Below, piece after piece: positions 28,548 through 37,664 of a DNA stretch of 64,000 nt. Location of the stretch: NCBI GenBank assembly GCA_964629075.1, contig CAZVPL010000001.1, positions 39,016 to 103,015 of the forward strand. The letters run 5' to 3'. This DNA comes from an uncultured Bifidobacterium sp. (GTDB taxonomy: Bacteria; Actinomycetota; Acidimicrobiia; Acidimicrobiales; Ilumatobacteraceae). The number at the start of each line of letters is the position of its first letter. The stretch's first letter is position 1. A program made the translations under genes and the position numbers. The notes beneath the pieces were generated by a model, which was given only the letters and a program-made list of their open reading frames with translations, ran no database searches and was not told where the DNA came from.

Positions 28548-29951
28548 ATGGTGCGGCGTCGTTCGGTGAAGCAGATGGGGGGATCCACCGTCGGTGATGC
28601 CCCGCATGAACTTCACCTCGTGTCGCGGGACGCGTCGAACATTGAAGGTCGAGCATCGGGCCTTGTGAAGCCTGACAGCGTCGAGGATGTCGTCAGAGTT
28701 GTGCGAGATTGCCACGCACGCCAGATCCCGTTCGTCGCCCGCGGCGCAGGAACGGGTCTCGCCGGCGGTGCGGTGCCGACATCCGGTTCGGTGGTCATTT
28801 CGATGATGGGCATGAACCGGATTCGCAGTGTCGACCCCGAGCGGCGGTTCGCCTGGGTGGAGCCCGGGGTGCTCAACGCCGACCTGTCGCGCGCCGTCAC
28901 CCGGCATGGACTGCACTTCGCCCCCGATCCGTCAAGCCAACAAAGTTGCACCATCGGCGGAAATGTGGCGAACAATTCCGGTGGGCCCCACTGCTTGTCG
29001 GCCGGCGTCACGTCGGCCCACGTTCTCGCCATCGAGGCGGTTCTCTCCGACGGTTCGCTCGTCACTCTCGACCAAGAGTCGTCTCCGTTCGATCTTCGCG
29101 GGGCTTTCGTGGGGAGCGAGGGCATGTTCGGGATCGCAACCGCGATCAAGGTCCGCCTGACACAGAACGCTCCGCACCACGCCACAGTGGTGGTCGGGTT
29201 TCCGACCATCGATCTTGGGGCGCGCGCCGTCAGTGCGGTCATCGCCGCAGGCATCGTTCCTTCTGCACTCGAGATGATGGATGCGCCGATCACGCGGGCT
29301 GTCGAGGCATACGTGCACGCTGGATTTCCCCTGGATGTCGGGGCCCTCCTGATCATCGAAGTCGAGGGTCTGCGGCACGGCGTCGAGGCCGATATCGACT
29401 CATGCCTTGCCATTTGTCGTCAGTACGAAGCGTCGTACGTCCGTCGGGCACAGACCGAAGCCGAACGAGCGGTCATCTGGAAGGGTCGAAAGACCGCGTT
29501 CGGCGCAATCGCCCGCATCAAGCCGAATTACTACCTTCACGACACGGTGGTACCGCGCCGTCGTCTAGCCGAGGTTCTCGAGAAGGTCGGGCACATTGCA
29601 GCCGCAGAGGATCTGCAGGTAATGAACGTCTTCCATGCGGGTGACGGCAACCTTCACCCGCTGTTGCTGTTCGATCGACGTGAGGACGGCATCATGCAAC
29701 GGGTGCACCGTGCGGGTGCCGAAATCGTGCGCGTGTCCGTCGAGGCAGGGGGAGTGTTGTCGGGAGAACACGGTATCGGCCTCGAAAAGCGCGACTTCAT
29801 GTCGCTCATGTTCGACGAGCCGAGTCTTCGAGCCCAGAGTGATGTCCGTCGGGCCTTTGATCCGTCTGGACTTGCGAACCCCGACAAGGTACTGCCGACC
29901 GGATCAGGGTGTGGCGAGTCGGTCGCGGTACCCGACGGGGCCTGGATATGA
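28548..29951 (+). CDS. glcD: FAD-linked oxidase, GlcD-like (glycolate/D-lactate oxidase subunit)
   Basis: FAD-binding ARGAGTGLAGGAV, C-terminal GEHGIGLEKR. Start is ATG 28548 or 28575. The ORF start at 28464 would overlap the divergent gene. Confidence 0.85.
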   Translation: MVRRRSVKQMGGSTVGDAPHELHLVSRDASNIEGRASGLVKPDSVEDVVRVVRDCHARQIPFVARGAGTGLAGGAVPTSGSVVISMMGMNRIRSVDPERRFAWVEPGVLNADLSRAVTRHGLHFAPDPSSQQSCTIGGNVANNSGGPHCLSAGVTSAHVLAIEAVLSDGSLVTLDQESSPFDLRGAFVGSEGMFGIATAIKVRLTQNAPHHATVVVGFPTIDLGARAVSAVIAAGIVPSALEMMDAPITRAVEAYVHAGFPLDVGALLIIEVEGLRHGVEADIDSCLAICRQYEASYVRRAQTEAERAVIWKGRKTAFGAIARIKPNYYLHDTVVPRRRLAEVLEKVGHIAAAEDLQVMNVFHAGDGNLHPLLLFDRREDGIMQRVHRAGAEIVRVSVEAGGVLSGEHGIGLEKRDFMSLMFDEPSLRAQSDVRRAFDPSGLANPDKVLPTGSGCGESVAVPDGAWI

Positions 29952-29961
29952 GGACGCGGAC

Positions 29962-30669
29962 ATGACGCGGTCCAAGGAACTCTCGTCGGGCGTCGTTCGG
30001 TTCGAACCCGAAGAGCTCGTCGTTTCGGTGCGGGCCGGAACCACGATGGAAGAGCTCGGGGCGGTTCTGAAGAGCAAGCATCAACGCCTCCGCATTCCGG
30101 CCATCGGAACCGTGGGAGGAGTGCTGGCAGCTCGCCGGAACGGTCCGTTTCCCAGTGACAACTTCGCTCTTCCCAACATCGTGCTGAAGATCCACGCCAT
30201 CGACGGGACCGGAAGGGCTTTCGTCGCTGGTGGAGGAACGGTGAAGAACGTGTCGGGCTTCGATCTCGTGAAACTTCTCGTCGGCTCGTGGGGTACCTTG
30301 GCCACCATTACCGAAGCGATCTTCCGGACCGAGCCGATTCCTGCATGCAGTCGATGGTTCATCGGCGACGGCGACGTCGGGGAGCTGTACCGACCCGTGC
30401 TCGTCGCACCGTGTCGCGGAGGGTTGTGCATCAACCTCGAAGGGCACCCCGACGACGTCGACGAGCAGGCCGCTTTTCTCCGTGGTTTCGCAGAGATCCC
30501 GGCACCGAGCGCCACTGAGATGTTGCAGCTTTTCTCCATCCCCGAAGTGCCCCCCGAGCGCCCTGATCTCGCGCCGGCAGTGGTCGACATATGCCGACGA
30601 CTCAAAGCCCGGTTCGATCCGCACAACGCGTTGAGTCCCGAGCTGTCCACCCGTTGGGGACTTGCATGA
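29962..30669 (+). CDS. glcE: GlcE-like FAD-binding subunit (short form)
   Basis: GGTVKNVSGFDLVKLLVGSWGTLATITE is typical of GlcE. Only 235 aa, bounded upstream by the glcD stop. Confidence 0.7.
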   Translation: MTRSKELSSGVVRFEPEELVVSVRAGTTMEELGAVLKSKHQRLRIPAIGTVGGVLAARRNGPFPSDNFALPNIVLKIHAIDGTGRAFVAGGGTVKNVSGFDLVKLLVGSWGTLATITEAIFRTEPIPACSRWFIGDGDVGELYRPVLVAPCRGGLCINLEGHPDDVDEQAAFLRGFAEIPAPSATEMLQLFSIPEVPPERPDLAPAVVDICRRLKARFDPHNALSPELSTRWGLA

Positions 30670-31862
30670 ACTTTGCATCCGTCGAAGCCGACGACCTCGC
30701 CGGTTGCGTATCTTGCGGGCTCTGCCTCCCGCACTGCCCGACATATCGAATCACGGGGAGCGACTCACAAAGCCCTCGCGGTCGCATCGGATTGGTGGCG
30801 GCAGTCCGTGCCGGCGAAATAGCCCTCGACGACGGCGTGCGCCAGGCACTGAATTCCTGTGTGCAGTGCATGGGTTGCTTGCCGGCGTGTCCATCGTCGG
30901 TTCGCTACGACCGGATCATCTCACCCGTCATCAATGAGCTCGCATCGACATCAGGTCGAAAACTGCTGCTGAAGCGATTGTTGTTCGCGCCACTCACGAA
31001 ACCGCGTCTCCTCCGTGGCATCACGGCAGTGGCTTCTCTTGCGCAACGCGTCAACTTGATGCCGAGACGGTTCCCAGTCCCGCCCGTCCGCGCAAGATCG
31101 GCGCCGCTCCGAGTTCCCCCTGCGCCGTCCGTGGCTCGTGGCGAAGTTGTCCTCTTTCGAGGTTGCGTGATGGATGCTTGGTATCGGCATGTTCATCAGG
31201 CAACTGTCGACGTGCTTTCGCGTCTCGGCTACGACGTCCGGCTCTCCGAGCCATCGTCGTGTTGCGGCGCCCTCCACGCGCACGCCGGCCTCGCCAAGGA
31301 CGCATCACGAATGACTGCCGATGTGGCCACGACCCACGCCGGCGCGTTGATGATCGTCAACTCCGCGGGCTGCGGCGCCCATCTCCTGGGCCACGCCGAG
31401 GGCCTTGGTGAAGTCGTCGATGTGATGGAGTTCGTGTCACGCCACCTCGATGAGCCCCTGTTCACTTCTGTCGAGCGATCCCACGAGGTCGTCGTTGTTC
31501 ACGACGCATGCCATCTTCGCAACGTACAGGGCACCCATCTTGCGGCCCACCGTGTGCTCGCGTTGTTCCACGATGTACGAACCATTCCTGACGACGGCCT
31601 TTGTTGCGGTGCAGGTGGCGCCTACGCCATCGACCATCCGACGACGGCCACGAGAATTGTCGAGCGCAAGAACGATGCAATTCGAACCGTACTGGACGAG
31701 CGCGTTCGCTATCTCTCGTCGGGAAACCCCGGGTGTGCGGGTCAACTACATGCGCATCGCCCCGAGTCATGGGGGGCGATCACCATCGTTCATCCGGTCG
31801 AATTGGTTGCGCGAGGGTTGGCGAGGACAGATAAAGCCAGGGGAGAGACCATCCGAAAATGA
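30666..31862 (+). CDS. glcF: GlcF-like iron-sulfur subunit (2x4Fe-4S plus CCG domains)
   Basis: CVSCGLCLPHCPTY and CVQCMGCLPACPS ferredoxin motifs, later CCG-type motifs (SSCCG, GLCCGAGG). ATGA overlap with glcE. Confidence 0.88.
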   Translation: MNFASVEADDLAGCVSCGLCLPHCPTYRITGSDSQSPRGRIGLVAAVRAGEIALDDGVRQALNSCVQCMGCLPACPSSVRYDRIISPVINELASTSGRKLLLKRLLFAPLTKPRLLRGITAVASLAQRVNLMPRRFPVPPVRARSAPLRVPPAPSVARGEVVLFRGCVMDAWYRHVHQATVDVLSRLGYDVRLSEPSSCCGALHAHAGLAKDASRMTADVATTHAGALMIVNSAGCGAHLLGHAEGLGEVVDVMEFVSRHLDEPLFTSVERSHEVVVVHDACHLRNVQGTHLAAHRVLALFHDVRTIPDDGLCCGAGGAYAIDHPTTATRIVERKNDAIRTVLDERVRYLSSGNPGCAGQLHAHRPESWGAITIVHPVELVARGLARTDKARGETIRK

Positions 31863-32071
31863 GAAGTTTCGACACCAATTTCGAATCCGTGGCCGACCAG
31901 CTGGCGACCATCAACGAGGTTCTTGCCGACTCCGCCCTCGCCATTCTCTCGCGGGCCGTCAAAGGCGATTCGCAAGACTTGCGGGTGGAGAAAGACGTTC
32001 AGAGGGCGCGGCGTGCCATAACAAAAGCAGAATCGATACTTCGCGCGATCAGCGACGACCAAATCGATTGA
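31859..32071 (+). CDS. small helical protein, function unknown
   Basis: ATGA overlap with the glcF stop. 70 aa, coding-like third-position bias by hand count. Its 3' end overlaps the convergent LOG gene by 23 bp. Confidence 0.4.
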   Translation: MRSFDTNFESVADQLATINEVLADSALAILSRAVKGDSQDLRVEKDVQRARRAITKAESILRAISDDQID

Positions 32072-33032
32072 TTTCATCGATCATCAGGCGCAATTCGCCG
32101 AACGAGCGTTTGTCGAAGGCGAGCACGATCCTCTCCAGGTCGAGATTGTCATTGTCGCGTATCTCCGCCGGGTGGGCGGCGGCTCTCTCGATGAGCCCCT
32201 GCTTCACGACATGGGCGAATCGAGTGTTCAATGACCCAAGCTCGTCGTCGTTCGGGCCGCGTCGCATCCGGATCACCAATTTGTTGCCGATGAACCGCAG
32301 CGATTGGTAATTCGAATAGAAAGCGGTCACCTCGTTGGCTGCCGCCACGGCATCGTTGGTGGTGAAGTAGAGCGCTCGATCGTCACCGGATATCAAGCCT
32401 CGGCTCGCCATCTGGCTTTCGATGAATTCGCCGACCTGCTGCCAGTAGGTGTCTCCGGGAACGTCGAGAAGAACGATTGGAACGGGGTTCCCCTTGCCTG
32501 TTTGCGTGAGGGTGAGAAGTTCGAAGAGCTCGTCGAGTGTGCCGAACCCCCCGGGCATGCAGATGAATGCCTGCGATGCCTTCGTCAGAGCAAACTTTCG
32601 GGTGAAGAAGTATTTGAGGGCTATGTGCTTCTCGTCGCCCGCGATGATTTCGTTCGCCTCATTTTCGAACGGAAGAACGATCGAGACTCCGATGCTTCCC
32701 TCGCGACCGGCACCAACCATGCCGGCCTCCATGATGCCGGGGCCGGCGCCCGTGATGACCATCCAACCCTGCGCGGCCAGCTCGCGCGCGACACGAACCG
32801 TTTGCTCGTAGAGCGGATCGTGTGAGGCCGTACGTGCACTACCGAAGATCGTCACCTTCGGTCGACCCTCGACCTGTTTCAGGAGATCGAATGCCTTGCG
32901 CAGATCACGGACGGTGTTGGCCATGATTTTTTGGTCGAGTGTCGATGGCTGCGAGGCGAGGAAAGTCTCGATCTCGGCCCGGAGGTCCCGACCGTGGGGT
33001 CCAACATCTGAGCCGGGTAACGAACTCGTCAT
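32049..33032 (-). CDS. LOG family (TIGR00730-type) protein, long form with C-terminal extension
   Basis: VTIFGSARTA, ITGAGPGIMEAG, MPGGFGTLDELFE. Start placed at MTSSLPG (ATG 33032), 13 bp after the tal stop. Confidence 0.8.
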   Translation of the reverse strand: MTSSLPGSDVGPHGRDLRAEIETFLASQPSTLDQKIMANTVRDLRKAFDLLKQVEGRPKVTIFGSARTASHDPLYEQTVRVARELAAQGWMVITGAGPGIMEAGMVGAGREGSIGVSIVLPFENEANEIIAGDEKHIALKYFFTRKFALTKASQAFICMPGGFGTLDELFELLTLTQTGKGNPVPIVLLDVPGDTYWQQVGEFIESQMASRGLISGDDRALYFTTNDAVAAANEVTAFYSNYQSLRFIGNKLVIRMRRGPNDDELGSLNTRFAHVVKQGLIERAAAHPAEIRDNDNLDLERIVLAFDKRSFGELRLMIDEINRFGRR

Positions 33033-33045
33033 CGATGCGAACCCT

Positions 33046-34176
33046 TCATCGCTGCCGGTACGCGTCGAGCTTGGCCTGCATGACACCCAGCAACTCTCGG
33101 AAGCTCTGCTGAAAGGAGGCAATTCCCTCCGCCTCGAGCTTGGTCGCGACGTCGTTCAGGTCGACACCGACTGCGACGAGCTCGGACCAGATCGCGCGCG
33201 CGGAATCGAGGTCGAAATCAAGCGTGCGTTCCAGACGACCGTGGTCATCGAACGCCTCGAGGGTGTTGTCGGGCAGGGTGTTCACCGTGAACGGACCGAT
33301 CAGTTCATCGACGTACATCGTGTCGGGGTAGGCAGGATTCTTCGTTGATGTGCTGGCCCAGAGCGGACGCTGGGCCTTGGCGCCTTTCTCGGCGAGCGCA
33401 TACCAACGTTCACCACTGAACTTCTCGGTGAAGAGGGAGTAAGCGAGACGCGCCTGCGCCACCGCAGCCTGCCCTTTCAATTTTGACGAGACGTCATGAC
33501 CGAGGGCATCGAGTCTTTGGTCGACTTCCGTATCGACCCGGCTGATGAAGAAACTTGCAACCGAGTTGACGTTGGCGATGGATGCGTCGGTGTTCGCAAC
33601 GCGGTCCTCCAAGCCCGAGATGTACGCATCGATGACGTCGGCGTAACGCTGAAGACTGAAGATCAAAGTGACGTTCACGTTGCGACCCTCGGCGACCATC
33701 CGGCGGATCGCCGGCAGGCCTTGGGTCGTTGCCGGAATCTTGATCATGACGTTCGATGCACCAATACGGTCGTCGAGTCGACGTGCGGCGTCGAGTGTCG
33801 CGTCTCCGTCGAAAGCAAGCATCGGGTCCACTTCGACGCTCACGAAGCCGTCACTACCATCGCTTGCGCGATGGAGGGGAGCGAACACCTCGAGCGCGCC
33901 GTTGATGTCCTCGAGCACGAGTTCCCAGTAGATGTCGTCGACGCCGAAGCCGTCGGCCGCCAGACGTGCGAACTGGTCGTCGTACTCGGACGAACCCTGT
34001 ATTGCCTTCTGGAAGATCGTCGGATTCGAGGTGAGCCCGCGGACCCCGCGCTGAACCAGGTCCGCGAGGTGACCACTCGTCAGGTATCCCCGTCGCAGAT
34101 TGTCGATCCACGGACTCTGCCCGTGGACGTTGAAGAGACTTTGTAGACGTGTACCGCTTGTCATCACCGCGAACAT
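33046..34176 (-). CDS. tal: transaldolase (actinobacterial long type)
   Basis: SPWIDNLRR, GLTSNPTIFQKAI, catalytic-Lys region VMIKIPAT. Alternative start at ATG 34164. Confidence 0.93.
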   Translation of the reverse strand: MFAVMTSGTRLQSLFNVHGQSPWIDNLRRGYLTSGHLADLVQRGVRGLTSNPTIFQKAIQGSSEYDDQFARLAADGFGVDDIYWELVLEDINGALEVFAPLHRASDGSDGFVSVEVDPMLAFDGDATLDAARRLDDRIGASNVMIKIPATTQGLPAIRRMVAEGRNVNVTLIFSLQRYADVIDAYISGLEDRVANTDASIANVNSVASFFISRVDTEVDQRLDALGHDVSSKLKGQAAVAQARLAYSLFTEKFSGERWYALAEKGAKAQRPLWASTSTKNPAYPDTMYVDELIGPFTVNTLPDNTLEAFDDHGRLERTLDFDLDSARAIWSELVAVGVDLNDVATKLEAEGIASFQQSFRELLGVMQAKLDAYRQR

Positions 34177-36116
34177 AGTTCGCGTGCGGCGCGCACGACA
34201 TTGGCCGTCGACATTCCGAGATGTTCGAGCGCCACGGCTCCGGGAGCACTTGTTCCGAATTCATCGATGCCCACGACGGCGTCGGCTATCGCCGACCAGC
34301 CGAACGTGCTGCCTGCCTCGACGGCGAGAACCGGAGTGCCTGGTGTGAGAACCGACTCCCTGAATGAGGCGTCCTGGGAAGCGAAGCGACCGACATCGGG
34401 CATCGAAACCACTCGAGCAGTCACTCCCGCTTTCGATAGTTCATCAACGGCCGCCAGACACAACGAGACTTCACTGCCCGTGGCGACGAGGACCACGTCG
34501 GGCTTTGGTGCATCGCGCACGATGCCGGCTCCGCGCCCGACAGCGGATCCGTCGGTAACCGTTGGCAGGTTCTGACGGCTCAATACGAGCGCTGTAGGTC
34601 CGTCGAATTCGAGGGCGGTAACGAATGCTTGAGCTGTCTCGTTTCCGTCGGCAGGTCGAATGACCTGGAGTCCGGGAATGATGCGAAGTGAGGCGAGATG
34701 TTCGACGGGCTGATGGGTTGGTCCGTCTTCACCCACACCGACCGAGTCGTGGCTGAAGACGAAAATCACCTTCGCCTTCGACAGCGCCGCGAGACGAATG
34801 GCGGGCCGCATGTAATCAGCGAAGACGAAGAAGGTTCCGATGACGGGAACGAGGTCACCGTGAAGAGCGATGCCATTCGCAATGGCCGCCATGGCGTGCT
34901 CGCGCACTCCGAAATAGATCTGACGGCCGGAACGATCGGTTCGGGTGAATGCCCGGTCTGGGGACAATTTGGCCCCGGTGTTGCCGGTGAGGTCTGCTGC
35001 CCCCGCAATGATGCCCGGCAAGTGTTCCGTGGCAGCCGCGAGAACCTTCTGTATCGCCACGCGAGTTGCCGGACTTTCGTCATCCTTGAATGTCGGGAGC
35101 TTGCCGGCGAGACGCGACCCCAAGCCTTCGGTCGCATGGGACGCGAGCTTCTGCACGGCACCGGATGCAGCCCATGCCCTGTGGGCCTCTGCGCAGCGAT
35201 CCTTCGCAGAATTGCGATATTCCGACAGAAGATCAGCCGGAGCATGAAAGGCCTCGTCGGGGATACCGAGGAGGGCCTTTGTTCGGGTGATGTGTTCGGC
35301 CACGAAGGGGTTCCCGTGTGCTGCATGCTTGTCGGTGAAGTCGGGAGACGGAAACCCGATACGGGTCGGCAAGACCACGAGTGTGGGAGCGCCTTTGTGG
35401 GACTTCGCACGGTTGAGGACCGCTTCGAGGTCGTCGCAGCTCTCGGAGATGGGACCTGCTTCGATGACGTTCCATCCGTAAGAGCGAAAACGTTCGACGA
35501 CATCGTCGCTGCAGGTGAGGTCGGTGGAGCCGTCGATGGTGATCTTGTTGTCATCGAAGACGCAAATGAGTCGTTCGAGACCCAGGTGACCGGCCAGCGA
35601 TGCCGCTTCGTGGCTGACACCCTCCATCAAACAACCGTCTCCGGCAATCACAAACGTGTGGTGGTCGATCACCTCGCTTCCGACCGTCGCGCGGAGATGC
35701 TCTTCGGCGATGGCCATCCCGACCGCATTGGCGAAACCCTGCCCCAGCGGTCCCGTCGTGACCTCGACGCCCGCGGTATGGCCGACTTCCGGGTGTCCAG
35801 GTGTCCGCGATCCGAGCTGACGGAACGCCCGAAGGTCGTCGATCTCAAGCCCGTAACCGTTCAGCCACAAGAGTGCGTACTGGAGAATCGAGGCGTGACC
35901 GCAGGACAAAATGAAGCGATCGCGATTGGCCCACGTGGGATCACCTGGGTGATGGCACATGACGCGGGAATAGAGCGTGTGAGCCAAGGGGGCCAGGGCC
36001 ATTGCCGTGCCCTGGTGCCCGCTCTTTGCGTGGAACGGTGCGTCCATTGCGATTCCACGGATGACCGCGATCGCTTTCTCATCGAACGCCGCTCTGTCGG
36101 AGATGTCGTTGGCCAC
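34164..36116 (-). CDS. tkt: transketolase
   Basis: SGHQGTAMALAPLAH, TPP motif GDGCLMEGVSHEA, SHDSVGVGEDGPTHQPVE. Confidence 0.95.
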   Translation of the reverse strand: MANDISDRAAFDEKAIAVIRGIAMDAPFHAKSGHQGTAMALAPLAHTLYSRVMCHHPGDPTWANRDRFILSCGHASILQYALLWLNGYGLEIDDLRAFRQLGSRTPGHPEVGHTAGVEVTTGPLGQGFANAVGMAIAEEHLRATVGSEVIDHHTFVIAGDGCLMEGVSHEAASLAGHLGLERLICVFDDNKITIDGSTDLTCSDDVVERFRSYGWNVIEAGPISESCDDLEAVLNRAKSHKGAPTLVVLPTRIGFPSPDFTDKHAAHGNPFVAEHITRTKALLGIPDEAFHAPADLLSEYRNSAKDRCAEAHRAWAASGAVQKLASHATEGLGSRLAGKLPTFKDDESPATRVAIQKVLAAATEHLPGIIAGAADLTGNTGAKLSPDRAFTRTDRSGRQIYFGVREHAMAAIANGIALHGDLVPVIGTFFVFADYMRPAIRLAALSKAKVIFVFSHDSVGVGEDGPTHQPVEHLASLRIIPGLQVIRPADGNETAQAFVTALEFDGPTALVLSRQNLPTVTDGSAVGRGAGIVRDAPKPDVVLVATGSEVSLCLAAVDELSKAGVTARVVSMPDVGRFASQDASFRESVLTPGTPVLAVEAGSTFGWSAIADAVVGIDEFGTSAPGAVALEHLGMSTANVVRAARELCSR

Positions 36117-36125
36117 GGGCGCAGA

Positions 36126-36527
36126 CTAGTTGTTCGGCTGCGGCAGCAATGTGAGCGGAACGATGGTCCACGGATCGCGATTCACCCGACAATGAGCGAA
36201 GACCTGTCCATAGTCGTCGAATTCCAACTCGCCTCGTACCAATCGATAGGTGAACTTTCCCGGATCGACGCGAAACGGACTGACGTTACGCGCCACCTGC
36301 TCGTCGTCTTCCTTCGGACCCTTGCGGAAGACCACCTCGAAGACGCCCTCGCCGGATTCAGTCGGCTCGCAGTAGATCAGCGCAACGAGGTGCGGCGAGA
36401 ACGTGAACGGAGGTTCCGACGGGGCCACCGTCGAGAAAAATGCGCCGGTGAGATCGATCCTCGTGCTCGGTCCCTCAACCTGACGCATCTCAAAATTGTC
36501 GACGAAAAGTGCGGAGACGAGATGCAC
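36126..36527 (-). CDS. hypothetical protein
   Basis: 133-aa ORF tightly packed between nagA (9 bp) and tkt (9 bp) on the same strand. No motif recognised. Confidence 0.55.
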   Translation of the reverse strand: MHLVSALFVDNFEMRQVEGPSTRIDLTGAFFSTVAPSEPPFTFSPHLVALIYCEPTESGEGVFEVVFRKGPKEDDEQVARNVSPFRVDPGKFTYRLVRGELEFDDYGQVFAHCRVNRDPWTIVPLTLLPQPNN

Positions 36528-36536
36528 GACTGCAGT

Positions 36537-37664
36537 CTAGGAGACGCGCTCGATTGGCACGCCAGCGGCGTACGTCAATTCAACTTCGAGTCGATCATCG
36601 AAACACGTGATATCCGCAAGTTGACCGACGGCGAGAGCGCCGATGTCCCGAGCTTCGATCAGTTCCGCCGGGGTGGACGTTGCAGAGACGAGGGCGTCGG
36701 CAAGGGGTACTCCGGCATGATTGACGACACGACGGATCTGTTCAGCAAGCGACAAGGCGGCTCCGGCAAGTGTCCCGTTCTTCAGCCGACCGGCATCGGT
36801 GACGGTGACCCCGTCGGTTGCAGCCACGGAGTCACTGACGAGGAACGTCTTGCCGGCACCTTTCGTTCGAAAGACGAGCCGAATCGTCTCGGCGTCGACG
36901 TGCACGAGATCGCCGATCAGGCCCGCGTACATCCCCGGGTCATCGAGAATCGCACCGGCAAGACCGAAGCCTCGGTGCTCGACACCGCTCATGGCATTGA
37001 AAATGTGGGTGCAGGAAACGGCCCCGGCGCTCACCGTCATCTCGTATTCCTGTCGCGTCGGAGCAGAGTGCCCGATCGATGCGACGATGTTTCGCGCGAC
37101 GAGCCGTTCCATCACCCGATCCGCGGCCGGTGACTCGGCAGCGAGTGTCATCATGCGGACACCTTCGCCGCAGCCCTCGAAGACGTCGTCGATGGTGTCC
37201 GGCGCCTCGGCGATGAGGTTCGTGTCGTGGGCTCCGGGACGACGACCAAGAAACGGCCCTTCGAGATGTATTCCGAGGATGCGAGTACTGCCGGGAGGAG
37301 TTGCCTTGGATGCCGCCACAATGATTGCGCAAGTTTGACTGCGTACCGATGGCTCACATGTCGGGATTGTCGGTAGAAACGCTGTTGTTCCCGCCGCCGC
37401 GAGCGAGCGCTGCAGGGCTGCCAAGGACTCCGGGGTTGCTCCGGTCACGGGAAAGTTGCCGAAGCCATTGCACTGGAGGTCGACCAAACCGGGGGAGACG
37501 AGAGGATGAATTCGGCGGGGGCGCTCGCTGCTGCCAAAGGTTCTCACCGAGTGGATGCGGTCGCCATCGATGTCGATGGCGACGTCATCACGAATGGTGC
37601 CATTGACGAGCGCACGCCGAGCATGGATCGTTCGACGGCGCTGAAACTCGTCAGGCTGCGGCAC
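36537..37664 (-). CDS. nagA: N-acetylglucosamine-6-phosphate deacetylase
   Basis: Amidohydrolase motifs PGLVDLQCNGF, GIHLEGPFL, IGHSAP, THIFNAM. Confidence 0.88.
   Translation of the reverse strand: MPQPDEFQRRRTIHARRALVNGTIRDDVAIDIDGDRIHSVRTFGSSERPRRIHPLVSPGLVDLQCNGFGNFPVTGATPESLAALQRSLAAAGTTAFLPTIPTCEPSVRSQTCAIIVAASKATPPGSTRILGIHLEGPFLGRRPGAHDTNLIAEAPDTIDDVFEGCGEGVRMMTLAAESPAADRVMERLVARNIVASIGHSAPTRQEYEMTVSAGAVSCTHIFNAMSGVEHRGFGLAGAILDDPGMYAGLIGDLVHVDAETIRLVFRTKGAGKTFLVSDSVAATDGVTVTDAGRLKNGTLAGAALSLAEQIRRVVNHAGVPLADALVSATSTPAELIEARDIGALAVGQLADITCFDDRLEVELTYAAGVPIERVS

Noticed and set aside
29996-30012. tRNA T-arm-like element TTCGG-TTCGAAC-CCGAA
   Set aside because: No matching acceptor stem, D-arm or anticodon arm can be drawn from the flanking sequence. 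It lies inside the GlcE-like coding frame (VVRFEPEEL). I found no tRNA or rRNA genes in the few intergenic gaps longer than 100 bp.
34698-37133. 811-aa ORF on the plus strand, the longest ORF in this part of the track
   Set aside because: It runs antisense across three well-supported minus-strand genes (tkt, a hypothetical ORF, nagA). Its translation is Arg/Gly/Val-rich with no motifs. This is a typical shadow ORF in GC-rich DNA.
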